Source of the DNA: Microbotryum violaceum
Taxonomy: Eukaryota
Direction: 5' to 3'
Length of the DNA: 64,000 nucleotides
NCBI GenBank assembly: GCA_001244265.2
Contig: LN717261.1
Coordinates: forward strand, 2,867,591-2,931,590
The notes under the pieces were generated by a model that worked only from the letters and a program-made list of their open reading frames with translations, searched no databases and had not been told where the DNA came from. The position numbers were made by a program, and so were the translations under genes. Each line of letters starts with the position of its first letter. The first letter of the stretch is position 1. Positions 25,158 to 36,400 of the stretch are shown here, one piece after another.

Positions 25158-26932
25158 TTAAGCTTTTATTTCACGGAATGTTGATAGACTTGGGGGCCAA
25201 TGCAATCCTTTTGCAAGGAGTGTGAACCTTGTGTCACCAGAGGGAGATGATCGTTTCTGCGAAGGCCCGGCCAGTCCAATCCTCCCTTGCGTCTCAACAC
25301 GCTCCGCTTCTACCTCGCCGCCCTTTCTCCTTGCTTGTTCTTGTCCGGTCTTCTCACTTTCTTGCCCGCGCTGCCTAACTTCCGCATTAACTTTCTTCCA
25401 CTGCGTCATGAATTGCTTCCGCTCTTGCTTCCACTCGCGCCTACGCTTCAGGACTGCCTTGACCAACTTCTTCCACTGCTGCTGAATCCCCTTTTGCTCC
25501 CGAGCTTCCGCCTTTCTGACCTCTTCCGCTTTAAGCGCATTTTGTCGGGGAAGTCGCGCTGCTCGCGGACAACAGGAAAGAGAGCTTTCCACATGTCCGG
25601 AATGGGTTCGGTGAAATCGTTGAGACGAAAGGCATCCTCGGAATCGAGCAGCGCGATCTCCTTGGCAACACGTTGCGCAATGATAGGAGGGAAGCGCCAC
25701 AGGAGGTTCTCAGTCGGTCCATAATTCAGGCCCTGAGTATATTGCCTGTATTTGAGTAGGAGTTTCTTGACAAACTCGTCTCGTTGTTGGGAGTTCATAC
25801 GCCACGGATTGTGCCCTCTCGTCTGTCGATTGACTGACTGCGTTGTGCGTTCATCGGCCGAGTCCTCCAAATCGTCCTCGGCATTTTCGACCTGCGAGTT
25901 TTGTGTGGGTTGGCTCATCTTGTCTGCTTCGAGGGTTGCCCCATCGTAACTTGAAAACTCGTGGTAGCTTTCCTCTGTGGCGTACCTCAGGTGTTTGATG
26001 ATGTACTTGGCACCTTGAGGATCACATCGAGAACACTGGCAAGATCTGCCGGTGATGTTTCCTTGACGCTCCATTTCAGCAACGATAAGAGGATCGTCCG
26101 CCTTCAGCGGAAGCTCGCCTTGGCTGCATGTATCCATAGTACGAGGGATTAGATTATCTATGGCCGTGCGTCCTGACGGGTTCAACTCACGTGTATAGAA
26201 CGATGGCCAGAGCGTGCAAGCACGCCTTCGACTCGTAGAAAAAACGGATTGAGAGTTCATTCCCAGTGAGTAGCTCGAGTCGTAGACGGTCGCCATGAAT
26301 ACTGGAAGTCGAGATCTCGTCTGGAATTGTGTCGTCTTGCTCCGGATTGCTCGCTGCGGACTTTTTACGTGCGTCCTTCCGAGGCTCCCAAAACGTGATC
26401 CCAATTGACCGCTGCCCACTACGCCCTCCGCGACCCTTGCGCTGAATATCGTCCTCAACAGTGGTCCGACCGTATTGAGTCACAGTCCGAACACCAGGCC
26501 AATATATCCCAAGACCCAGGGCAGATGTCGTTGAGAAGAACGGGAAGCTACCTTTCTCAAAGTCCTTGATGTCCTCCGACTTGTCAAGTTCGCCTCGAAC
26601 CGCGTCGAACTTGCGCGCAAGGGGGGAGTCAACGGTGATCGGGAGCCCGAACTGTTCGTGGAGAGCGAGGAGGGCGTTGGCCGTCTCAATTCGGCTGTTA
26701 AAGTACAGGATTGATTGGGGAAAAGTACTGGGATCTGGCCGCTTGTCGAGAAGATCCCTGATACTTCCCATAGCACCTTTCGTTCTTGGTTTCATCTCGA
26801 CTAGGATGTTACGTAGGTTCGGTCGGAAAAGGTCGGCTTTGGCGAAGAACGTTCTGGATCGTGCGAGACTGGAGACCTTCAGAATCCGGTCGATCTTGTG
26901 AGGGGGAGCGCCGGCCGTGAGGAAGAGTGTCT
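25158..26932 (-). pseudogene. RecQ-like helicase of AcademH, C-terminal part
   Basis: LFLTAG (motif III), RPNL, ILYFNSR, STTSALGLGIYWPGVRTVTQYG, QRKGRGGR (motif VI), CQCSRCDP zinc-binding region. Confidence 0.85.
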
Positions 26933-29900
26933 TGTTGAGGTAGATTACTCTTGCCTTAAATCTGCCTAGCGCGCGTCTCTATTTGTATTAGCCGCGCGGT
27001 CCAATCACGTCTTTCCTTCTTCTTCTCCACTTGATTACGAACTCATTGGCTTGCCACTGCCGCCAACTTGTTCAGGTGTGTGAAGAACTCCTTTATTGCA
27101 ATCTCACTTGATTACGAACTCATTGGCTTGCCACTGCCGCCAACTCGTTCAGCACATCGCTGTTCGACTTCTACAGGTTACGAGCCCAACGTAGCGGCCC
27201 AGCCAACTCGAGTCATCAAGTCATCATGCCCGGTGATACGGACACTGTGGTATCAGGGGGAACAACCTCTATCGTCTATGTCAAACCCGCGATATCGACC
27301 CGTCATGCCACCTGCGCAACGCGGGAGGCTGGTCGCAATGGATCAACGACGTCCGTGGAGCTCTCGGGGCGACTATTGGAACTGCACGCTTGCGACGCCC
27401 ATTCAGAAACCCAACGCGCGCACCGACCTGGAGCACGCCAACTTCCAAGCGATCGCGCTCTTGAGGCGCTCGGTCTCCCTCAACATCAAGAAGCAGATCA
27501 AAGATGGATTCGATCACACTCCCACCGACGTCTTGAAGATGATCAAGAAAGCGGTCGCAGCAGGCACAGTCACCGACATCTTCATCAAGCTCCAAGCCCT
27601 GCTCGATGCGGGTCCGCCTCCCTCCGGTGTCGACGCGTTCGAGAAGTACCAAGCCAACACCATTGAGCTGTTTAACACTCTTTCGGGATACAACCTTACC
27701 TTTGACCAGGTCATCTCGATACGCTTGATCCACTTTGGCAAGGACCTCTACAAGGAGTACTATACTCAAGCGCTCCGTCAAGACCTCGACAAGCTCCCTG
27801 ATCCGATTGAAGCGCTTCAAACGCTTCAGACTCAAGCTGAATCCACGCCGGCACACAAGCCCGTGGCGATGGTAGCTAGCTTGACCGCGACGGACAGATC
27901 TTCATCGACTCCGTCAGCTCCGTGCCGACACAGCTCCGTGCCGACACTGTGGAGGTCCTCACTGGAATCGAAAATGCCCCGTCAAGGACAAGAAGTCCAA
28001 GGCCTCCTCCGCGCCGTCCGCATCACTCGCCGCTGCTCCCGACATCTCGACGTTGGTAGACGGCCCGGTCCGCGGATACCTCACCGCAGCGATGTCCACA
28101 TTGGCCAAACCTTCCCTCATCCTCGACAGCGGCGCGACGCATCACATCGTCAACGATCGCGCTTGTTTCACCAACTTCCGCAAGTGCAAGCCTGCTCCGC
28201 TCGAGGGCATCACGGGCGAGGCGGTCAATTCGATCGAAGGCGTCGGTTCCGCTGTCGTTCGCTCCTTCGACGGCAGCATTGGCCAACTCCACCACGCGTT
28301 GTTCGTCCCCAGCGCGCCGGTCAGCCTCTTCTCCGCCAGTCGCGCCAACGCCGCGGGCTACAACATCAACCTTTCCCGAGGCAAAGCAACGGTCTCAGTC
28401 GACGGGTCGATTTGCCACACCGGGGAGATCACAAACGGCTTGTACCACATGCATGCTTCCCTAGTCGACGTCACTACTCTCATCGAGCAACCGGGTGCGT
28501 CCCCACGTGCGTTTGCGGCCGTCCCCGTCTCCATCATGCACGGACGTTTCGCTCACCTTCACCCACGCGCTCTACGACAGCTGATCTCAACTGAGGCTGT
28601 GCTGGGAGTCAACATGGAGGTAGCATTGAACGCAGACTTGAAATGTGATACATGCCAGGCTGGGAAGATCACACATCACCCTTTCCCCACCGTCGCGTCG
28701 AATCGTTCAGCCCAGCCTCTTGATCGAGTCCACATGGACCTTCTTGCGTTCGACAGCGCCGTGTCGTTAGGCGGCGCAAAATACGCCCTCGTCATTGTCG
28801 ATGATTACACCCGATATCTCTGGGCAATTCCGATGTCGCACAAGTCCGATACCTTTGCGGCCTTCAAGTCGTGGCTTGCAAAGGTCGAGCGCTCCTCGTC
28901 GAGAAAACTCCTGGCAGTCCGCTCCGACAACGGTGGTGAATTCTTGTCGAACGAGTTCTCGAGCTTCCTGGAAGAACAAGGCATCACTCGTCAGCTTTCG
29001 ATTCCCGATGCCCCTCAGCAAAACGGGGTTGCCGAACGCGCAAATCGCTCAATCACCGAGGGTGTCCGATCAATGCTCCACCAGTCGGGTCTATCTCACG
29101 CTTTGTGGGCCGAGGCATTGGCAACATATGTCTACGTCAAAAATCGCTCACCACACTCGGCAAATTCAGGCGTCACACCACACACGCGTTGGCACGGATC
29201 AAAGCCGTCAGCCGGCCATCTCCGCGTATTCGGCTGCAGAGCGTGGAAGGCAGCTACCACCGAAGCGCGCAGCAAACTCGATCCGCGGGGCATTCCACTC
29301 GTATTCGTCGGCTACGATCTCGAATCCAAGGGATACCGACTGTTTGACCCCGCTACCAGACAAGTTTTCAAATCGAGCAGCGTCACATTCTTCGAGGACG
29401 AGTTCCCAGCCAGGCGGGAGGGCATCACAGCAGCTCACGCGCCCGTCGCAGGCGACGACGACGACGACGACGACAACGATGACGAAGTCGTTGTACTCCC
29501 TGACCAGCATGCCAATCAGGTACCCCCGACCAAGCGGAGCTTCCGGCTGCTTTACGTTTCGACGCACCGGGGCCCGCGTGGCAGCCACCCGTGGGTTCGC
29601 GCCCGCGCAACCCCCCAGCTCGTTACGGCGCCCTCGCATCTTTGCGCTCGACCCCTTCTGCCTTCGCATTCTCTCTAGGCAAGGAGGTAACCGAACTTGT
29701 TGCTGATCTCGACGCGGCGGGCATTGACACCTCGACGGCGAATCGACCGCTCTCGGAACCAGAGGACCCGTTCTCGCTCCCGAGCAGTGATCCCACCATG
29801 TGGAAAGAGGCCATGCGCCATCCTCACGCCGTGGCATGGAAAGCGGGAGCCATTGAGGAATTCCGCTCGATGAAAGACGATCTCAAGGTGTTCAGCGTCG

Positions 29901-31601
29901 TCGGACTATCCTCCGTGCCCAAAGGAGCTACGATCTTACCAAGTCGTCACGTCTTTTGAACCAAACGCGACAAAGCCGGGAAGATGGTTTCACTGAAGAA
30001 CCGCATTGTTGCACAGGGCTGCGCACAAGGCCCAAACAGCTTCAACAACACCTTCTCACCCACGGCTAAGTACACCTCCATCCGCACGCTCATCGCGCAC
30101 TCGGCCTCAAAGGGCCACCACATCATTCAAGCCGACGTTGACAAGGCCTATCTTCACGGTGTGCTGGAGGAGGAGATCTACATGCGGGTTCCAACTGGCA
30201 TCGAAGGCTACGAAGGCAAATGCCTCCGCCTTCATCGATCGATCTACGGTCTCAAGCAGGCAGGTCGAGTGTGGAACAACACGATCAACACCACGCTCGC
30301 GAGTCTCGGCTATCGTCGCCTCGCCTGCGACGAATGCATCTATCGTCATGAGGACGCTGGGGGTGATCACTACATTGCACTCTACGTCGACGATCTACTC
30401 TTCTTTGGGCCGGATCTCGGGGAAATCGATCGAGTCCTTGACCAACTCGACACCCTCTACGGAGTCAAACGCCTCGGCCCGGCCGAATGGGTACTCGGGG
30501 TTCAGGTCGTACAACACGACGATGGCGGGATCTCCCTTCTCCAGCGTCAATACCTCCTTGACGTCTTGGATCGCTTCAACATGTCCGACTGCAACCCCTG
30601 CAAGTCACCCATGGAAGCCAACCTACAGCTTTCGCCGGAACCCGATACAGACTCCGCCGACAATGCCATCTACCGTTCCATGATCGGCTCACTCATGTAC
30701 GCTGTTGTTGCCACTCGCCCTGATCTAGCCCACTCCGTCGGATATCTGTCACGTTTCGTCGGCAAGGCTGGCGACACTCACCTCGAGGCGGCCAAGCGCG
30801 TCCTTCGTTACATCAAAGGATCGCTCGATCTTGGCATACACTACACGCGCACCAGTGCGCCTCTGCTGGGGTACGAGGGGTACTCTGACTCGGACTGGGG
30901 ATCGGACATACAGACGTCGAGGTCCACTATGGGTTACTTGTTCAAACTGGCGGGTGGGGCCATCTCATGGTCATCTCGTCTCCAACCTCGCGTAGCTTGT
31001 TCATCCACGGAAGCGGAGTACCTGGGCCTCTCGCATGCAGCCAAGGAGGCTGTCTTCCTTCGCTCGCTCCTCACCAAACTCGGTCTCGATACGTCGTCCC
31101 CTTTACGTCTTCTCGGGGATAACCAGGGAGCTATAGCGCTCACCCAGAATCCGGTCTTCCACGCTCGCACCAAACATTTGCGCATGTTGGAGCATTTCGT
31201 TCGGGAGCATGTTCGGAATGGAGAGATCTCGGTCACCTACATCCCAACCCACAATATGGTTGCCGACATTTTCACCAAGCCGCTGCCGCGAGTAGTCTTC
31301 CAGCGTCATTGTGACGCCATCGGTCTGCGCCGCATTTCAGGCCAAGAGCAAGGGGGGGTGTTGAGGTAGATTACTCTTGCCTTAAATCTGCCTAGCGCGC
31401 GTCTCTATTTGTATTAGCCGCGCGGTCCAATCACGTCTTTCCTTCTTCTTCTCCACTTGATTACGAACTCATTGGCTTGCCACTGCCGCCAACTTGTTCA
31501 GGTGTGTGAAGAACTCCTTTATTGCAATCTCACTTGATTACGAACTCATTGGCTTGCCACTGCCGCCAACTCGTTCAGCACATCGCTGTTCGATTTCTAC
31601 A
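26933..31601 (+). mobile_element. Ty1/Copia LTR retrotransposon Copia-2, near full length
   Basis: 243-bp LTRs 26933-27175 and 31359-31601 differing at one site seen; TSD TGTCT; PBS-like GGTTACGAGCCC 27176-27187; purine tract before the 3' LTR. Confidence 0.97.
27226..31369 (+). pseudogene. Copia-2 gag-pol, frameshifted with a premature stop
   Basis: ILDSGATHH, RSDNGGEF, QQNGVAER, DVDKAYL, YVDD, YSDSDW, ADIFTK; 16-bp duplication at ~27915-27946, TGA at 29957-29959. Confidence 0.93.
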
Positions 31602-32547
31602 TGTCTGACAACCAAGGGTCAGACGTCGCTCCGCAACTTGGCCATATACGGGACGAAAGGCCATTGATCCTTCGATGGTATGGCTCATGGATCCAGCGCG
31701 GTCGGCGCCGCCTGCGAGTCCCCACTCGGCGATCTTGATCGCCTCGTCATAGACGAGCAACTTGACGCGCTCTCGAAAGGACTCGTTAGAGATCAACTTT
31801 GCCAATCTGCATTGTTGATATGCATTTCAGGAGACTTGACACGCAGTAAACAGGAAGGAAAATCAACACATGTGCACTTCACTCAAACAGGAGGTCAACC
31901 GGCACATACGATCAGAATGAAGGAGATCGTGTGATTGGGGGCGTCCAACTGCCTGTACAGCTCGCCGTCTCTCCAAGTCTCCTCAGATACCACAACCGCT
32001 TTCTTTCCCTGTCGATTGAGATTGGCAGCCTGAAAGAAGCATATGACTACGGAAATCAGCACGGATGTCGGTCCAGCAAGCCCAGTCGGCAGAAAAACTC
32101 ACCTGATGATTGCTCAGTGCATTCAGTGGACTGAGAACAATGGTGACGGCCCGGCGTCCATAAATGAGATACATTGCTTCGAAAATAACACTTTTGCCTG
32201 AACCTGTTGGCGCTGTGACGAACACAGCGTCATATCGATCCCGGCTCCCAAATTGATCAAGTTCGAAAAGTGCTGCAATGGCTTCGATCTGCACAGGCCG
32301 GGGGGTAGAGTCCTCGTCAAGACTTTCGCCCAGAATAACTTTGATCTTCTTGCGTAGTTCGCTGGAACCTCGTCGGTCCTCGTGAGTCAAACGTGGCCTC
32401 CAGTGACCAAGAACGGTTGTCGGATTGGTTGAATGATTCGGGTCGTAGGACTGGCCCTTGAAGCTGATCGCAAGGGAGACGCCCTGAACTCAATTGATGG
32501 ATGTCGACAGGCGGTCTCCTAACCAGCCTGGGTGTTTGTACCGACAT
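31602..32547 (-). pseudogene. RecQ-like helicase of AcademH, N-terminal part
   Basis: PRPVQIEAI (Q motif), APTGSGKS (Walker A), LSPLNAL (Ia), LLVYDEAIKIAEWG..FRPVY (motif II + aromatic loop); reading frame resumes across the Copia-2 TSD. Confidence 0.85.
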
Positions 32548-33215
32548 GGCTCGTCATGAGGGGAGGTGTGATGTTGAGTGGAGGAGAGAGAGGACGCGTG
32601 AGGCGCGGCCGGGCTCAAGTGACCTGGATCTATGCAGCCTTCGACGCGGACCGGACTACGACTAGTCCGTGCGCCGACCTGCGTCTCGTTCGGAATCACT
32701 TGATTCAAGCTGCTGTAGCGAGATGATCAAGCGTTCCTAGACTTCAAGCTTCGGTGAAGCCTCATCAATAGAGATATAGTAAAGACGTATCCCTCCAGTT
32801 TTCAGATAGCACCAATATATGCCATGCTACAGCAAGGGGGCACTTTTCAGGGCCAGAATTTCGGAAGGCAACTGGGCCAAACGCGCCGATAACTCACAAG
32901 CCCCTCCCAAAGGGAGGGGCGTCCAGCTTACATCGGAGGCGACTTTGGGATCACATCGGAGCGGACTTTGGGATCACATTGATGCGGACTTCGGGATCAC
33001 ATCCGAGGTCATTCTTGTACCACGTTCATGGGGACTTTGGTACCACATAGTATAGACGCCTGTATATCTTGCAATGTGTGATGTATCACTCTGGGAACAG
33101 TAGTTTGATGCATGTATAGGTCTATAGTACTTCTGGCCGGTGAGACGAGGCGGACGAAGCAGTAGCTACTACATCGATGTTCTGCCCCGCTTGGCCTCTC
33201 CGTGCCCGTGGTGTC

Positions 33216-34892
33216 AGCCCCCTTCCCAGCCCAATCTCGAGTATCGGCAGCTTCTTGAAGGCTCGGATAGCGGTCAGTTGCTCCGTCCAACAACATTCGT
33301 CTGCAGTAGACCCACATGCTGAATTGTGCGATGCACCTACACAGACGCTAAAGCATTCCGCGAGAATGCCCGGTCTTACAATAACGCGTTGTCCTTTACT
33401 TCGCTCGCTGACCTCTGGGACCAAACCCAAGTGGGCACGCTAGGACCCCCGTGTTTCGCGTGTTCGGCCGCCTCTATCATCGACTCGGTGCCCTGATCCC
33501 TGCCGTGAATCAACGCCCAGCCTTTGCCCAGACATGGCTGATCGACCCGGCCGAGGCCACCGACACACGACTTCAAGGACCCGACAGCGCAGAGACTCGC
33601 ATTCAAAGATCAACGCTGACCAAGCTCGAGTCCATGTTGCGCACCGGCAATCGCTTTGTGAGGGAGTTCGCATCGGCCAAAGCCCGCGCGGGTTGGGATA
33701 CGGCCAAAGAGTGGGTCCTGCGCCTCTGCCTACCACCAGGCCGAGACCGACGCACCCACAACCTTCCTACGTCGAGCACGGAAATGGCGATGCTTCTCTG
33801 CGATTCCGACACCAACACGGGAGATCGTGGACCTCAAGACCGTATTCTCCAGGTGCACGGTGGTCGATGTCCCGATGGTCGGCCCCAGGTACCAAGTCAT
33901 CAGCTCGCTCCATCCGTCTGCGTTGCCTCTCCGGTAGCCACTACTATTTCCTGCAGGGGAAGATGGCTTCCACCCCAACATTTCTCTTTGCGGGTTTCGC
34001 CAAGCTGGGCTGCCAATCACTAGAAACCGAGAGCAGATCGACAATGGTGTCCAACCGCGCGAGGTACTTGCCGGTCTCGGCCTTGCTGACGAAGGCGAAG
34101 AGGAGGACGAAGACTGTGACGATGAGGATGAAGACGGCGGGGGACGAAAAGAATGGTGATGGTGAACGTACGCGTCTTCGGCTCTTTCTCGGATGCTCCA
34201 TTCTGTTCAAGGCGCAAGCACAGACTGACATTGAACTTTTGAACACCTAGGACGAAGGCCAAGTAAAGGGGTCGAGGTGGTGAGTCTCGCGTTCACAATT
34301 CTTTGCGCACTAATTGCCAAACGCGACGAGTACTTCTCAATCCCGCATTGCACCCAGCATCCCTTCCTGGAGTTTGTGATTTACGGATATACTCCCAAGT
34401 CGAGACCGATTGACTCAACACATCCGGTTGCATCAAGAGAACCTACGTCTCACCACGACCCAAGGCATCAACGGCTTGACCCCAAACCCAATTGGACGTT
34501 TGATGACTTTGGGCTCGACGTTCGAGAATAGACCGTGCGACATCACGCAGCGATACCAGGATGCGATGGCGTGCGTTGTGAAACATGGAAAGCCTCCACT
34601 GCCCATCACGATGACGTACGACCCCGAAGCACCGGAATTCAAGGCTGCACTGGGGCTGAATGACAAAGCATGCACCCGTCCGGATCTCATTGCGCAAGTG
34701 TTTGAAGCCAAATCCGGCAACAAGCGACATGCAGGCTGTTTCGGCGATGAATGTAGGATGAATGGATTTGTTTCTTTGCTGTACTTCGTAGGGTGTTTTC
34801 TTAACCTCTGCGCTGAGATCATGTAGACTGTTCGATTATCCTGCTTTTCTTTTGAATTTGATCCTCCCGTTAATTTAACGGGTTCCCACTGG
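33216..34892 (+). mobile_element. Non-autonomous Helitron derivative, copy 1 (5' truncated)
   Basis: Rep N-terminal motifs GPPVFRVFGRLYHRLG, FAQTWLIDP, YQDAMA..GKP..ITMT, RPDLIAQVF; 3' hairpin CCCGTTAATTTAACGGG then CTGG|T. Confidence 0.85.
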
Positions 34893-36400
34893 TGTAAGGA
34901 TATATCCTTACACATGAGTTAAGGTCAATACACAATCATCTTGGTATTGTAACATCAACATATAACTATTTCTGAATGGTGTCTGCAAGGACTACATGAT
35001 AGCATGTGTATTGCAAGACTTGTAGTGATTCAAAATTTCTGTGTCCTTACCGCACCTCCCGTATCCTTACTGCACCCTCGTATCCTTACATGTGTCGACA
35101 TGTGTAAGGATACGCCCGCGCGCGCACGTGACATGCGTAAGGATACGCTCGCGCGCAAAGAGCACTGGCTGCTGCTGGTGAATAATTGACTCTTTCCGCA
35201 CACCAGTGGTTGTCAAAGTATCGCCATGCCCATTTTTGCACTAAGCTTAGTTATACATACTATTGCTGACCGCTATCATAGCCCCTACTGTACACTACAT
35301 TAGTGATTGACAAGGCCAAAACTTCACTGGACCACTGGGGCACAACTTTGTGAGTCAAACTTGCCATCAACATGAATGTTCCCCACTGTGATTTCCTCCA
35401 GGAGCACTGCACCGCTGGAAAAAATTGTAAGAGGAGAGCATCGTCAGCTCTATTGATCTGCTTTTTTGGCGTTCCCGACACTCACTATCTCGCATTCATG
35501 AAAAAAAGCCGGCGCATCTTCCATCTTCCAGACACCTTGTCCTTCTTCAAGAGTCCCTTCGGGTGGTAGACTTGACACTTTAATGCCGATATCGGTAGGA
35601 TCGGAGGGCTCATGGTATAGACTCCACATTTCGTGCCACTGCCGCGTTAGCATTAGGTTGAAGGCTTGCAAGAAGTTCAATGACTCCTCTTCTAGCTCGT
35701 AGAAAAGAACGGAAACTAATCCGCCAGCGTTCCTGTCCCCTATCGGCCTAGCGAGAGAGCCTTTGATGGCGTCGAAATGATAGCATGCGGCCTCTTGCCC
35801 GTATCCAACCGTCGCGTTCGTAACGAAATGTGAATTGTTGATGTTGTACACTCCTGACCGAAGGCGCCAGACCATCTCTGGCATTTGGTCCGAAACACCG
35901 AAGCGTAGCTCAGTTGGGGCCAGTGGATGTTCCGGGTAAATATTGTTGATGTTGATCACAATCACACGGGGGAGCGAGGTGATTGAAACGAATTGCACGT
36001 AAGAGCCTCCGGTGCAATTGCGCTTGTGATGCCGACGGCCTGAGTTCTTTGCCTCTGTGTACAATTTCAACGGTTGCCCAACGATTGAGGCGAGGACGTC
36101 CGACAACGTTTCCAGCGAATGCGAAGGCAGGTGGAGACTTGAGATGAGAAGGGGCCAGTCAACCACAAATTGTCGTCTTGGGGACACCTCAATCTGAATG
36201 CAGTTGCAGGCAGTGCAATACCCGGCTCGTTGAAGATGTAATTCGACGAGAGTTCGGTCGGGATCATTCAACGTGACAGCGCTTGGCAGAACCGGATGAT
36301 CGACGGTGAACGAGTGAAGTGTCTCGAGCCAGGTCTGCCGAAAAAAGTGATGATTAGCGTCCAGTTTTAATCGTCTTGGGAGGGCGGGGTTTGCTAAGTG

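Larger units (their letters stand above)
21760..33050. mobile_element. AcademH-like DNA transposon (transposase + RecQ-like helicase, convergent), interrupted by Copia-2; boundaries approximate
   Basis: Inverted segment 21850-21924 vs 32857-32930 plus 23-bp repeats at both ends; encloses convergent transposase and SF2 helicase genes. Confidence 0.8.

Noticed and set aside
25158-32547. Host RecQ/SGS1 gene
   Set aside because: Divergent motifs and position convergent with an Academ-type transposase inside repeated ends indicate transposon cargo
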